Positions 54,287 to 64,000 of a stretch of DNA of 64,000 bases are shown here, piece after piece. The stretch is from Octopus vulgaris (lineage: Eukaryota): positions 87,420,001 through 87,484,000 of the forward strand of contig OX597814.1 in assembly GCA_951406725.2 (NCBI GenBank), given 5' to 3'. A model generated the notes under the pieces. That model was not told the origin of the DNA and did no database searches. It worked only from the letters and a program-made list of their open reading frames with translations. The stretch's first letter is position 1. Each line of letters begins with the position of its first letter. Position numbers and translations under genes: made by a program.

Positions 54287-54477
54287 CTGTGTGTGTGTAT
54301 ATTCTTTTATTCTTTTATTTGTTTCAGTCATCTGACTGCAGCCATGCTGGAGCATCACCTTTAGTTGAAAAATTCAACCCCAGGACTTATTCATTGTAAG
54401 CCTAGTACTTAATCTATCCGTCTCTTTTGCTGAAGTACTAAGTTAGGGGGACATAAACACACCAACACCTGTTGGCA

Positions 54478-54549
<72 letters not shown>

Positions 54550-54552
<3 letters not shown>

Positions 54553-54998
54553 CATACATATAAAGCTGAAATTGTCTGTATGTGTGTGTGTGTGTATGTG
54601 TAGCACGTTTGGTAGCCTTCAACTAACATTATCTTCTCCGAGACCCTACGGCATAAGTTGACCAAAATTGAGAGTATGATAGAAGAAGGCTTGCTCTTCA
54701 TTTTGTAAATTTAAATCAGACCATATTAAGACCAAAAATTATTTACATCAAAAAGGTGCTATTTTTCTATGAAATTCCCTATTTCTTTATGATTTTTTGA
54801 CTGCTGTGTCACCATTTTTCAGTGTATTTCAACCAGAAAAATGTTCACTTAAAGAGAATAACAAGCTACATAATGCAAAATTTTTACTTTTCAAAAAAGA
54901 TTGAAACTATGTCAAAACTTTGTTAACGCGACATCAAAGTCTGACATTTTAAACAGAACTAAAGAACAAACCTTAGCAACGCCGGGCTCTACTGCTAG
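54550..54998 (+). mobile_element. Non-autonomous Helitron
   Basis: ATATAAAGCTGAAATTGTCTGTATGTGTG start; 3' GCAACGCCGGG...CTGCTAG|T. Confidence 0.65.
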
Positions 54999-55025
54999 TA
55001 TATATAAATAAAATCAAAATAAGCA

Positions 55026-55109
55026 ACAGTACAACCGTTTCAAGTGACTCCATTTAATTGAACAATACAATCATTACATCAATTTAAATGCAGGGCTATC
55101 ATCAGCTGC
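55026..55109 (-). ncRNA. Hammerhead-ribozyme-like motif with intact catalytic core
   Basis: Minus strand: GCAG-CTGATGA-TAG...CATTTAAATTGA...TCAATTAAATG...CTT-GAAAC-GGTT-GT-A-CTGT. Stem I is GCAG/CTGT and the cleavage triplet is GUA. Confidence 0.65.
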
Positions 55110-55427
55110 ATGAATAAATAAATAGAATTCTAATCAATCGGACACATTGATATAATTTTACTCAAATACTTTAACAGAGCACAAAGAGGGAAAAAAAATC
55201 CATTTTGTTGCTATTGTAGCAAAGAATATACTACACTTCCAAGAAATACATGAATCTTTACTGGAGTCATAGCTTGTAAAGGATTGTGGTTCATTTTTAA
55301 TTTATTAGTTTTTTTTGTTAACTATTAAATCTAAGACTAGAAGACTGTGTCTGTTCAGAACAAAGGGCAAGAGTGAGATGACAGCTCATGGCAAAGTATG
55401 GCCATAAATATTTTCAAGATTTTAGTA

Positions 55428-55750
55428 GTAGGAGTGGCTCTGTGGTAAGTGTCTTTTACTATAGCCTCAGGCCGACCAAAGCCTTCTGAGTGGAAACTGA
55501 AAGAAGCCCATCGTATATATGTATATATATATGTATGTGTGTGTATATGTTTGTGTCTGTGTTTGTCCCCCCAACATCACTTGACAACTGATGCTGGTGC
55601 ATTTATGTCCCCATAACTTAGTGGTTTGGCAAAAGACACCGATAAAATAAGTCCTAGGCTTACAAAGAATAAGTCCTGGGGTCGATTTGCTCAACTAAAG
55701 GTAGTGCTCCAGCATGGCCACAGTCAAATGACTGAAACAAGTAAAAGAGT
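55428..55750 (+). mobile_element. SINE family A with internal deletions
   Basis: Head, core and tail motifs present. Confidence 0.8.
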
Positions 55751-56518
55751 AGTAAATTGGGTATAAAGTATCTGTCTATAAAGGAGGCTGGGTAGGGGTA
55801 TGTGTGTGAATGTGTTTGTGCATGCATATATCATATATATTAGAGAGACAGACAGAAGACATTTAATTCATATATACCTACATACAAACATACGTACATA
55901 CATAAATATATGCATAAATACATGCATACATACATACATACATATATACATACATGCATATATACATGCATACATACATACATACATTCATACACACACA
56001 CACAAAAGGTTAATTGATTGTATTATTGACTGTATCTTTATCTCTGGTCAACATGATTGTGTTTGTGAATATCTGAGTTTGAACTTGTTATGTAATCTTG
56101 ATTGAGAAGACCTCCAATCAATAGTGATCCAGACATTCATCGACAACTTTGTTTCTTAACATTTTGATGGACGTGACTGGGTGATAGAAATTTGTTTCTG
56201 AACCATATTGTTGCAGATTCAGTCATGCAGCATAGCATTTTGGGTAAGTGTCTTCTGCTACCAAGGCCTTATTAGTGAATTTGGTAAATGGAACCTGAAA
56301 GAAGCCTGATATATATATATATATATATATATATCCATATATATGTATATAGATGTATATATATATCATATATATCATATAAGCACCATCCGCTCGTGTC
56401 CGTTGCCAGCCTCGCCTGGCCCCCGTGCTGGTGGCACGTAAAAGCACCATCCGTTCGTGGCTGTTTGCCAGCTCCGTCTGGCACCTGTTATTTATATTTT
56501 TATAATTGTACTTTATAA

Positions 56519-56642
56519 TCTTTGACGAGGCCTTGAGATATATATATAAGTACCTCATTTTTAACAGCATATTACCTCAATACATTTGACTAATATAGAC
56601 AGAATGAGATACTTTTATCTATTGGCTGAAACAGCTGTAAGG
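56519..56642 (+). ncRNA. Hammerhead-like motif with long stem II (C3 mutated)
   Basis: TCT-TTGACGA-GGCC..AGATA..AAGTACCTCATT...AATGAGATACTT..TATCT..GGCT-GAAAC-AGCT-GT-A-AGG. Confidence 0.6.
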
Positions 56643-56807
56643 ACCATTTTATGTGTATTATTCTTATGGCATTATTAATTTGCATATTGATGTACATTTT
56701 TTTGTTCGATTTGGATGTTCCTATTTATATAGTTAATAAATAATATGAAATGGTAATATCTATAAGTTGATGATTGAAATGAATTTGTTCCTCCATTTTT
56801 TATTTGT

Positions 56808-56856
<49 letters not shown>

Positions 56857-56859
<3 letters not shown>

Positions 56860-57745
56860 GGTGAGGTGAATAAACTGTCCTCTACATTACACATAAATGA
56901 AAATAAAACTGACATCTCATTTTAACAGCTATATTTACCAAAATTGCATTAAAATTTCTAGGAATATTAAAGAGTATTAATCACTGTTGGCTTCAACCAC
57001 GGCCTCCAAATGACTTCAGAATCTCCTGCAACTCTTCTGGGTGGTCTCCATGTTTAAGCTGGTGAATGCTGCCATAATCCTTGCCTTCAGTTCATCTTAG
57101 ATGTTACAAGTTTTGTTGGTCTCTCACTCAACTACACCCCACACATAATAATTAAGGGGCTTGCAGTCTGGAGAGTTAGGTGGCCAGATGTTAGGGATGT
57201 TGGGTTGCAGAAATTGTCTGACAGCCATGACTAGGTTCTCCTGCTTGTGTGGCATGGTGCAGAGTCCTATTGCCAGCCATAAGGTCTTCCAGCAGCCACC
57301 CTCTTGACCTAGGGCAGCACTACCTCTTCTAGGCACTTGATGTAGGCCTCCGTGTTGAATCTGAGGCTGTGTGGGAAGATGAATGGAGGCATAACGTTGG
57401 CATCACTAGTGATCACTCCAAACACCATGATGTTGACTGGATGTTTGATTTTGATCACTCTCGGTACATGTTCTCAGATTGCACTGTCATCAGATTGCAC
57501 AGTCCTCATATTGACACTCACTCTGAAATATTTGTATTGGAGCTTCAAGTGTGAATGCCAAGCAGTACAGCATGTCATTTCCAAATTATTAGCAGAGTGA
57601 ATTGTATCATGGTACTGTTTTTCTCACAGACGGTGTCCAACTGACCCTACTATATACTGTGTAGTTGACAAAATATAAAACAAACATTAAAAATATAAAA
57701 TAAATTAAAAATATAAAATGGCAACAATTTGCCCATCACACCCTG
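56857..57745 (-). pseudogene. Deleted Tc1/mariner-superfamily element
   Basis: CAGGGTG...CACCCTG termini in (TA)n; WPPNSPDCKPLNYYVWGVVE motif. Confidence 0.75.
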
Positions 57746-57867
57746 CATATATATATATATATATATATATATCATCATCATCGTTTAACATCCATTTTCC
57801 ATGATAGCATGGGTTGGATGGTTCAACTGGGGTCTGAGAAGCCAGGAGGCTGCACCAGGCTCCAGTC

Positions 57868-57913
<46 letters not shown>

Positions 57914-57924
57914 ATTTTTATATA

Positions 57925-58487
57925 TGGGTGCAAGTGTGGCTGTGTGGTTAGAAGCTTGCTTCCCAACCACCTCGTTCCAGATTCAGTCCCTCAGCATGGC
58001 ACCTTGGAGAAGTGTCTCTTACTATATTCTCAGGCTGACCCAAGCCTTCTGAGTGGATTTGGTACATGGAAACTTAAAGAAGCTTGTTGTGTATATATAT
58101 ATATTCTTTTTTCTTTTATTTATTTCAGTCGTTTGACTGCAGCCATGCTGGAGGACCGCTTTTAGTCAAACAAATCAACCCCAGGAGTTAATCTTTGTAA
58201 GCCTAGCACTTATTCTATCAGTCTCTTTTGTCGAACCACTAAGTTTTGGGGACGTAAACGCACCAACATCGGTTGTCAAGCGATGGTGGGGGTACAAACA
58301 CAGACACACAAACATATACATATATATATGACGGGCTTTTTTCAGTTTCCATCTACCAAATCCACTCACAAGACTTTGGCCAGCCTGAGGTTATAGTAGA
58401 TGACACTTGCCCAAAATGCCATGCAGTTGGACTGAACCCTGGACCATGTGGTTGGTAAGCAAGCTACTTACCACACAGCCATTCCTA
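57925..58487. mobile_element. Oppositely oriented pair of family A SINEs
   Basis: Plus-strand head at ~57925-58095 and a full minus-strand copy at ~58105-58487. Confidence 0.75.
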
Positions 58488-58629
58488 TTTATGTGTGTGG
58501 CTTTATGTCTGTGTCTGTCCCCTACAACTGCTTGACAACCAGCGGTGGTGTGTTTACGTCCCCGTAACCCGGCAGTTCGGTAAAAGAGATTGATAGAATA
58601 AGTACCATGCTTAAATATAAAACGATAAG

Positions 58630-59040
58630 GGATCTTTTCAGTTTGAACGGCAGTTTTTTCTAGCGGTGTCATATGAAATTGTCACCCATAATTATGACCC
58701 TAGTATCGATCTATTGCATTTCTATCTATTTTAGGGTTAGGGTTAGAGGTGGGAGAAGGGTATCTTTTTTTCTTCAGAAATGTAAATATACCCAATCTGT
58801 TTCTTAAACGAGGGACATTTGCATACGGCACAGAATGTTTTCACCTCAATACACGTTATTAGTTGGTTGAAATTGCAGAAATTGAAGAAAAAAAAAAAAT
58901 CTTACAAACTATAGAATTTTCTCAATAAAGCCAAGAGAAAAAGATGTTTTATAAACACATTCTACCAGTATACGAAGTTTAAAAGTGTTTAGTTACGTGG
59001 AAATTATTTTTAAAAACTGCCGTTCAAACCGAAAAGATCC
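58630..59040. mobile_element. MITE with 8-bp TSD and GG-initiated TIRs (Merlin-like), containing TTAGGG repeats
   Basis: TIRs GGATCTTTTCAGTTTGAACGGCAGTTTTT and AAAAACTGCCGTTCAAACCGAAAAGATCC; TSD ACGATAAG at 58622-29 and 59041-48; TTAGGGTTAGGGTTAG at 58731-58746. Confidence 0.85.
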
Positions 59041-59755
59041 ACGATAAGTACTGGAGTCGATTCATTCAACTAGAAAATTCTTCTAAGTGTTACCCCAGCA
59101 TGACCATAGTCTAATGACTAAAACAAATAATAAATAACAAATAAAAGAGATGTATGTATGCATGCCTTTGTGTTTGTCTCCACCACCGTTTGATAACCGG
59201 TGTTGGTTTTTTTACGTCCCAGTAACTAGCGATTCGTTCGACTAAAAACTCTTCAAGTCCGTACCCTAGCATGGCCGAAATCTAATGACTGAAACAAATA
59301 AAAAAATTTAAAATAATGATACTGTGTATTAAACAATATTCTTCAATGAGTTCTTTTTTTTTTTTTTTTTTTCAGACGATACATTTTGCTCTGAGAGTGA
59401 TTTGGCTTCTATTTCTAGCAGGTCTAGTGACTACATGGAAGCCGCTTTCTACGTGTCTCATTTGTGCATAGATGTTCAGTGTTAAGATTTTAAAGTCGAA
59501 AGGATGCGTGCAGAAGTTTTAAAATATCTATGAGTGGGCGCGGTTAAAGTGAAGGGAAGTAACTCGTTTCATTCTATAGAGATAGAAATTACATTGTTGA
59601 TAACCATGTTACTAGGGAGTTGTGGTTATGCTGAACAAAATAAAGACAATGTGTGACTGTTGACAGCTTTACAGCCATCTATTATGTAAAAAAGAAAGAA
59701 GACGTTTGTGTGAACCAAATATATTTCACTGCCGTTCTATATCCGTGCCTTAAAG

Positions 59756-62170
59756 ATGAATGAAGATATAAATGTGGATACCGATCTTTGTAATCGCTTC
59801 CGATACCAAAATCGTCAACTAGACAACTTAACGGCAAACGAGTACCTCGCATTCAAGAAAAATTACGAAGAAAATTTTAAAGAGCAACACCCAGTTGATG
59901 GTGCTGAAGATGGCTATAAACTTACAACTGATGGAGAAATATATGAACACAAAAAATACGCACAGAACGACGTGACTACTTCCAATGAGATATCATCGGA
60001 ATATTTTGCTAAAGAAAATGGCAATGTGACCAACAAGACAAAAAAGGAAATCTCATCACAAAAGCCACCAGAAAATGAAATATCACCTCTTCCCTACAAT
60101 CGGAGACTATTTATATCGTGTTTGTCTTTATTGACTTTAATATCTTTATTATCTCGTCTTTACAAGATAGAAGAACCACCGCATGTTTGTTGGGACGAAA
60201 CTCATTTCGGTAAAATGGCCAGCTGGTATATTCAGAGAACGTTTTTCTTTGATGTACACCCACCTTTAGGTAAGATGCTCATTGCTTTCTCTGGTTTGCT
60301 CACAGGTTACGATGGTAATTTCCCTTTTGCTAAACCAGGTGACGAGTATGAAGACACACAATATGTTGGCATGAGAATTTTCTGTGCTCTCCTCGGGACT
60401 GCTATAATCCCAATCAGTTTCTTAATTGTTTGGGAACTTACGAAATCCATTATAGCATCATTTCTAGCAGGTCTTATAATTCTGGCTGACACTGGAATCC
60501 TCACGTTATCCCGGCACATTTTACTGGATCCCATACTCCTGTTTTTTATTATGATGTCTACATATAGTATTCTTAAATTCGTATCACTGCGACAGAAGTC
60601 TTTTACATTACAATGGTGGTTCTGGTTATCTACCACAGGGATATTCCTTGCATTTTCCATTGGGGTCAAATTCGTTGGATTATTTGTTATTTTACTTGCG
60701 GGCTACACAACTGCCAAAGATTTATGGGACATTCTTGGCGACACATCCATACCGCTCGTTTTATTCATCCGTCACTTCATCGCTCGATCACTGTGTTTAA
60801 TCATTTTACCAATATTTATCTACATGCTTATATTTTGTGTACATTTTAAAATTCTTCATAAAAGTGGCAATGGAGATGGTTTCTACAGTTCTGCATTTCA
60901 ATCTCAGCTTATTGGCAATAAACTTTACAATGTCAGCATGCCAGAGAATGTAGCCTATGGAAGTATAATTTCTCTGAAACAAAAGAGAGCCGGTGGTGCT
61001 TACTTGCATTCCCATCACCACCTTTATCCAGAGGAACATCCTCCTCGACAGCAACAAGTTACTACCTACAGCCACAAAGATGAGAATAACTTGTGGAAAA
61101 TTAAATATCCAGAAAGAGAAGCACCATTTTCAACATCACCTCAGATTCTGAAAAATGGAGATCTGATTCGGCTGGAACATGTAATAACTCGTCGGAACCT
61201 ACACAGTCACCAAGAAGTAGCTCCCATTACACAGAGACATTATCAAGTGACAGGTTATGGTCAAGATGGTGTTGGCGATGGTAATGATATGTGGATTGTT
61301 GAGATTGTTGGAGTATCTGATAGGAATTCTGTACAGACTGTACGCAGTAAAGTCCGTTTAATACATTACTATATGCGATGTGCTCTTCAGTCCCATGATA
61401 AGAGATTGCCGAAATGGGGCTGGGAACAGCTTGAAGTCACTTGCAACCCTAATATCAAAGATCCCAAAACTTTGTGGAGTGTAGAAGAAGTGTGGGATTC
61501 CCGGTTGCCTAATGTTAGTTTTGAGGTATACTCTCCTAATTTCCTAGAGAAATTTATTGAGAGCCATGTTGTTATGACTCAAGGCAACAGTGGCCTAAAA
61601 CCAAGTGAAGGTGAACTGACGTCCAGACCCTGGCAGTGGCCCATTGACTACAAAGGGCAAACATTTTCTGGTAAAGATCATCGAATATATTTATTAGGTA
61701 ATCCAGTGGTTTTCTGGGGAAATATTGCTGTCTTTGTGCTATTTCTCATCATTTATATTGTATATGTAATCCGGCACCAGCGAGATCCCACATATCAGGA
61801 GAAATTAATTAGTTTTAACCAGAGGACATTTAATTCCTGTTGGTGGTTGATTCTTGGCTGGGCCTTACATTATTTTCCATTCTGGGGTATGAGTCGTGTT
61901 CTATATTTCCATCATTATTTCCCAGCATTCCTATTCAATGCCATGTTCACTGCTATCATACTTGACTATCTCATCACACATATTACTCTAAGTTTCCCTG
62001 AACATTTAGCAACAACTTTCTACCACTGGTCACTAGGACTTGTAATTTCATGCCTTGGATTCAGCTTCTATTTATTTGCCCCACTTGCTTATGGTATGTC
62101 TGGTCCAGAGGCTGCTGATGAATCAAGTAAAATGCATAAGTTAAAATGGCTGAATTCCTGGGAAATCTAA
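59756..62170 (+). CDS. POMT2: Protein O-mannosyltransferase 2 (dolichyl-phosphate-mannose-protein mannosyltransferase), single-exon ORF
   Basis: 804-aa open frame. PMT-family loop-1 motif PPHVCWDETHFGKMASWYIQRTFFFDVHPPLGKML (the CWDETHFGKM form matches POMT2 rather than POMT1), multiple TM helices, MIR repeats (YLHSH, IRLEHVITRRNLHSH, VRLIH), and C-terminal SRPWQWP, YLLGNP and RVLYFHHYFPA motifs. Confidence 0.96.
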   Translation: MNEDINVDTDLCNRFRYQNRQLDNLTANEYLAFKKNYEENFKEQHPVDGAEDGYKLTTDGEIYEHKKYAQNDVTTSNEISSEYFAKENGNVTNKTKKEISSQKPPENEISPLPYNRRLFISCLSLLTLISLLSRLYKIEEPPHVCWDETHFGKMASWYIQRTFFFDVHPPLGKMLIAFSGLLTGYDGNFPFAKPGDEYEDTQYVGMRIFCALLGTAIIPISFLIVWELTKSIIASFLAGLIILADTGILTLSRHILLDPILLFFIMMSTYSILKFVSLRQKSFTLQWWFWLSTTGIFLAFSIGVKFVGLFVILLAGYTTAKDLWDILGDTSIPLVLFIRHFIARSLCLIILPIFIYMLIFCVHFKILHKSGNGDGFYSSAFQSQLIGNKLYNVSMPENVAYGSIISLKQKRAGGAYLHSHHHLYPEEHPPRQQQVTTYSHKDENNLWKIKYPEREAPFSTSPQILKNGDLIRLEHVITRRNLHSHQEVAPITQRHYQVTGYGQDGVGDGNDMWIVEIVGVSDRNSVQTVRSKVRLIHYYMRCALQSHDKRLPKWGWEQLEVTCNPNIKDPKTLWSVEEVWDSRLPNVSFEVYSPNFLEKFIESHVVMTQGNSGLKPSEGELTSRPWQWPIDYKGQTFSGKDHRIYLLGNPVVFWGNIAVFVLFLIIYIVYVIRHQRDPTYQEKLISFNQRTFNSCWWLILGWALHYFPFWGMSRVLYFHHYFPAFLFNAMFTAIILDYLITHITLSFPEHLATTFYHWSLGLVISCLGFSFYLFAPLAYGMSGPEAADESSKMHKLKWLNSWEI

Positions 62171-63026
62171 TACATACAGAGATGTCTAGCTGTTATTCCC
62201 TTATGTAAACTACTGAGCTTTCTGAATACCTTAAGACCATTATATTCAATTACTTCGTTAGTTTTGTAATTCCATTTCAATTACACACATGTGGCTGAAC
62301 AAATTACTAATTATGCTGCATACACTACAATGTTAAGTTCCTTCAACATAAAATTGTCTTCATTACTGGATATATTTAACTTAGTACGCTCTTAGAAATT
62401 TACACTTATATGGCTTTAACAATTTTTCAACAAAATTTATAATTTTTAATTCTAATTTTGCAGTAATACTTTTTATTTTTAGCATACAAAATATTGTAAT
62501 TTTTTTGATCATTTATTCTTTCATTTATTTTTTTAACTTACTCAACCAATTTTTTAAATTACCTAAATGTACTTTCACAAATTGTTTTATTGTACACACA
62601 CACATCCATCCATGTATACACACGCGCTATATATGCGTGTGTACTTTCCATAGTCTTCTGTGTCACATTTAGTTACTGTTCTTCCTATGTCACAGCCCTT
62701 GTCTCACTTGTATATGCACAGTATTTTTGGACCACATGTATTTTGTTCCCATGCTACTTATTTTGAGGTGTGATGGGCACTTTGTCACTATGGATTAGGG
62801 GTGATTAGTAGCTCACCACTGATGTTGATGCCACCTTTCTGACCACTTATTACCATGTCAAGATGTGAAAACCTTTCAAGAGATGGCATTTCCCTGTTTG
62901 GTCATTTTCCTGATTGGAACTCTTATGAGTGAGGATAGAAGAGCTGTATTAGTGGTTCATCCTGAATTCACTTCCCTGAGAAGTTTGATTTGTTGAGTGT
63001 TGATCCCTTACATCTCCAGAGACTTC

Positions 63027-63073
63027 AGCACATCATTCACTTTGATGCATAGCATCAAAGTGAATGAAGTGCT
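63027..63073. repeat. 47-nt hairpin followed by a partial tandem copy
   Basis: AGCAC-A-TCATTCACTTTGATGC-ATA-GCATCAAAGTGAATGA-A-GTGCT; GCATCAGAGTGAATGAAATGCTATA recurs at ~63098-63123. Confidence 0.85.
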
Positions 63074-64000
63074 ATATATATATATGCTTTGGTACTATGC
63101 ATCAGAGTGAATGAAATGCTATATATATATTTAAAAGAAAAGTTCTTCCTCATACATATGTGTGTGTGTGTGTGTATATGTATATACATATATATGTGAG
63201 TATATGTTATATATATATTTATTTGGATGAGAATTTAGCTGAGCAGTTCAGTAACTGAAAGTTATGATAGTGTTTCAATTTATATAGTATTTATTTTTTT
63301 TTTATTTGTTTGTATGTATATATGTATGCATGCATGTATGTATGTGAAATAGTAGCAATCTGAGCTTACAACTATATTCACTGGTTGCTCACCTACTATA
63401 CAGTACTTGCTATACATAGATACTGCATGTGAACATGTCATTATGAAATGTTTATACATAGACACTGCATACTAACATTGATCCCACAAAAATTACATCT
63501 AATATTCATTATCATTAATCATCATCATCATTTTTATGTCCACTTTCCCATATAAGAAATGTTGGGAGGAACATTTTGAGACAGTGTGGGTTTCTTGGTT
63601 GGAAGCTTTTGCTGTGCCAACTCTTTAGTCACTTCTTACATTACACTGAGACTCAATGTACTTATTTTACTATATTGCTACACATGGACATGTATGCATT
63701 CTTTAGTTTCCTGGGGTTTTCTTTTATAGTGATTGTTACCCAGGTCATGCTGGAGCACCACCTTGAACATGTGTCTAGCATGCAAACAGAACCAACATGC
63801 AACATTTCTAAAAGAGTGTTATTTCTCACTAACTTAAAATAAATACATCCCCAAAGACTCAGTTTTACACAAATGAAATTAAGATCTGCAAATAATAAAA
63901 CAGTGCTAAACCAAGCCAAGAGAGTAGGTGATATTTTCTTGATCTACAGTGGCAAGTTGACAGAATTGTTAGCATGCCAGGCAAAATGCTTAGCGGTATT

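Noticed and set aside
3455-58165. Many ORFs rich in CV, HT, YI or poly-V/L
   Set aside because: These are translations of (TG)n, (TA)n and trinucleotide repeats or of SINEs, with no protein motifs.
60307-61075. Overlapping and antisense ORFs inside POMT2
   Set aside because: Short shadow frames of the real CDS with no independent motifs.

Overview
AT-rich, microsatellite-dense eukaryotic DNA. The tRNA-derived SINE families and RTE LINEs look like those of octopus (coleoid cephalopod); this is inferred from repeat appearance, not a database search. There is one convincing host gene: an uninterrupted single-exon 804-aa protein O-mannosyltransferase 2 (POMT2) ORF at 59756-62170 (+). The rest is nested transposon material: Tx1/L1-clade, RTE, CR1, R4/Dong and Penelope-like retroelement fragments, Tc1/mariner relics, piggyBac-, Merlin- and Tigger-type MITEs, non-autonomous Helitrons, a probable solo LTR and many SINEs. 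The most interesting signal is five dispersed type-I hammerhead-ribozyme-like motifs (~298-423, 43225-43348, 51560-51668, 55026-55109, 56519-56642). They have a tiny stem III and an unusually long (57-99 nt) stem II domain, and sit in short non-coding units next to (TA)n tracts, suggesting Penelope-derived or retrozyme-like elements. Also notable are two young, near-perfect local inverted duplications (14.7-15.5 kb and 32.1-33.2 kb), a 185-bp hairpin, a perfect heat-shock element and a Tx1 copy embedded in a (GATA)n array. Most short ORFs in the supplied track are microsatellite or antisense artefacts. Repeat boundaries are approximate unless a TSD or TIR is quoted.
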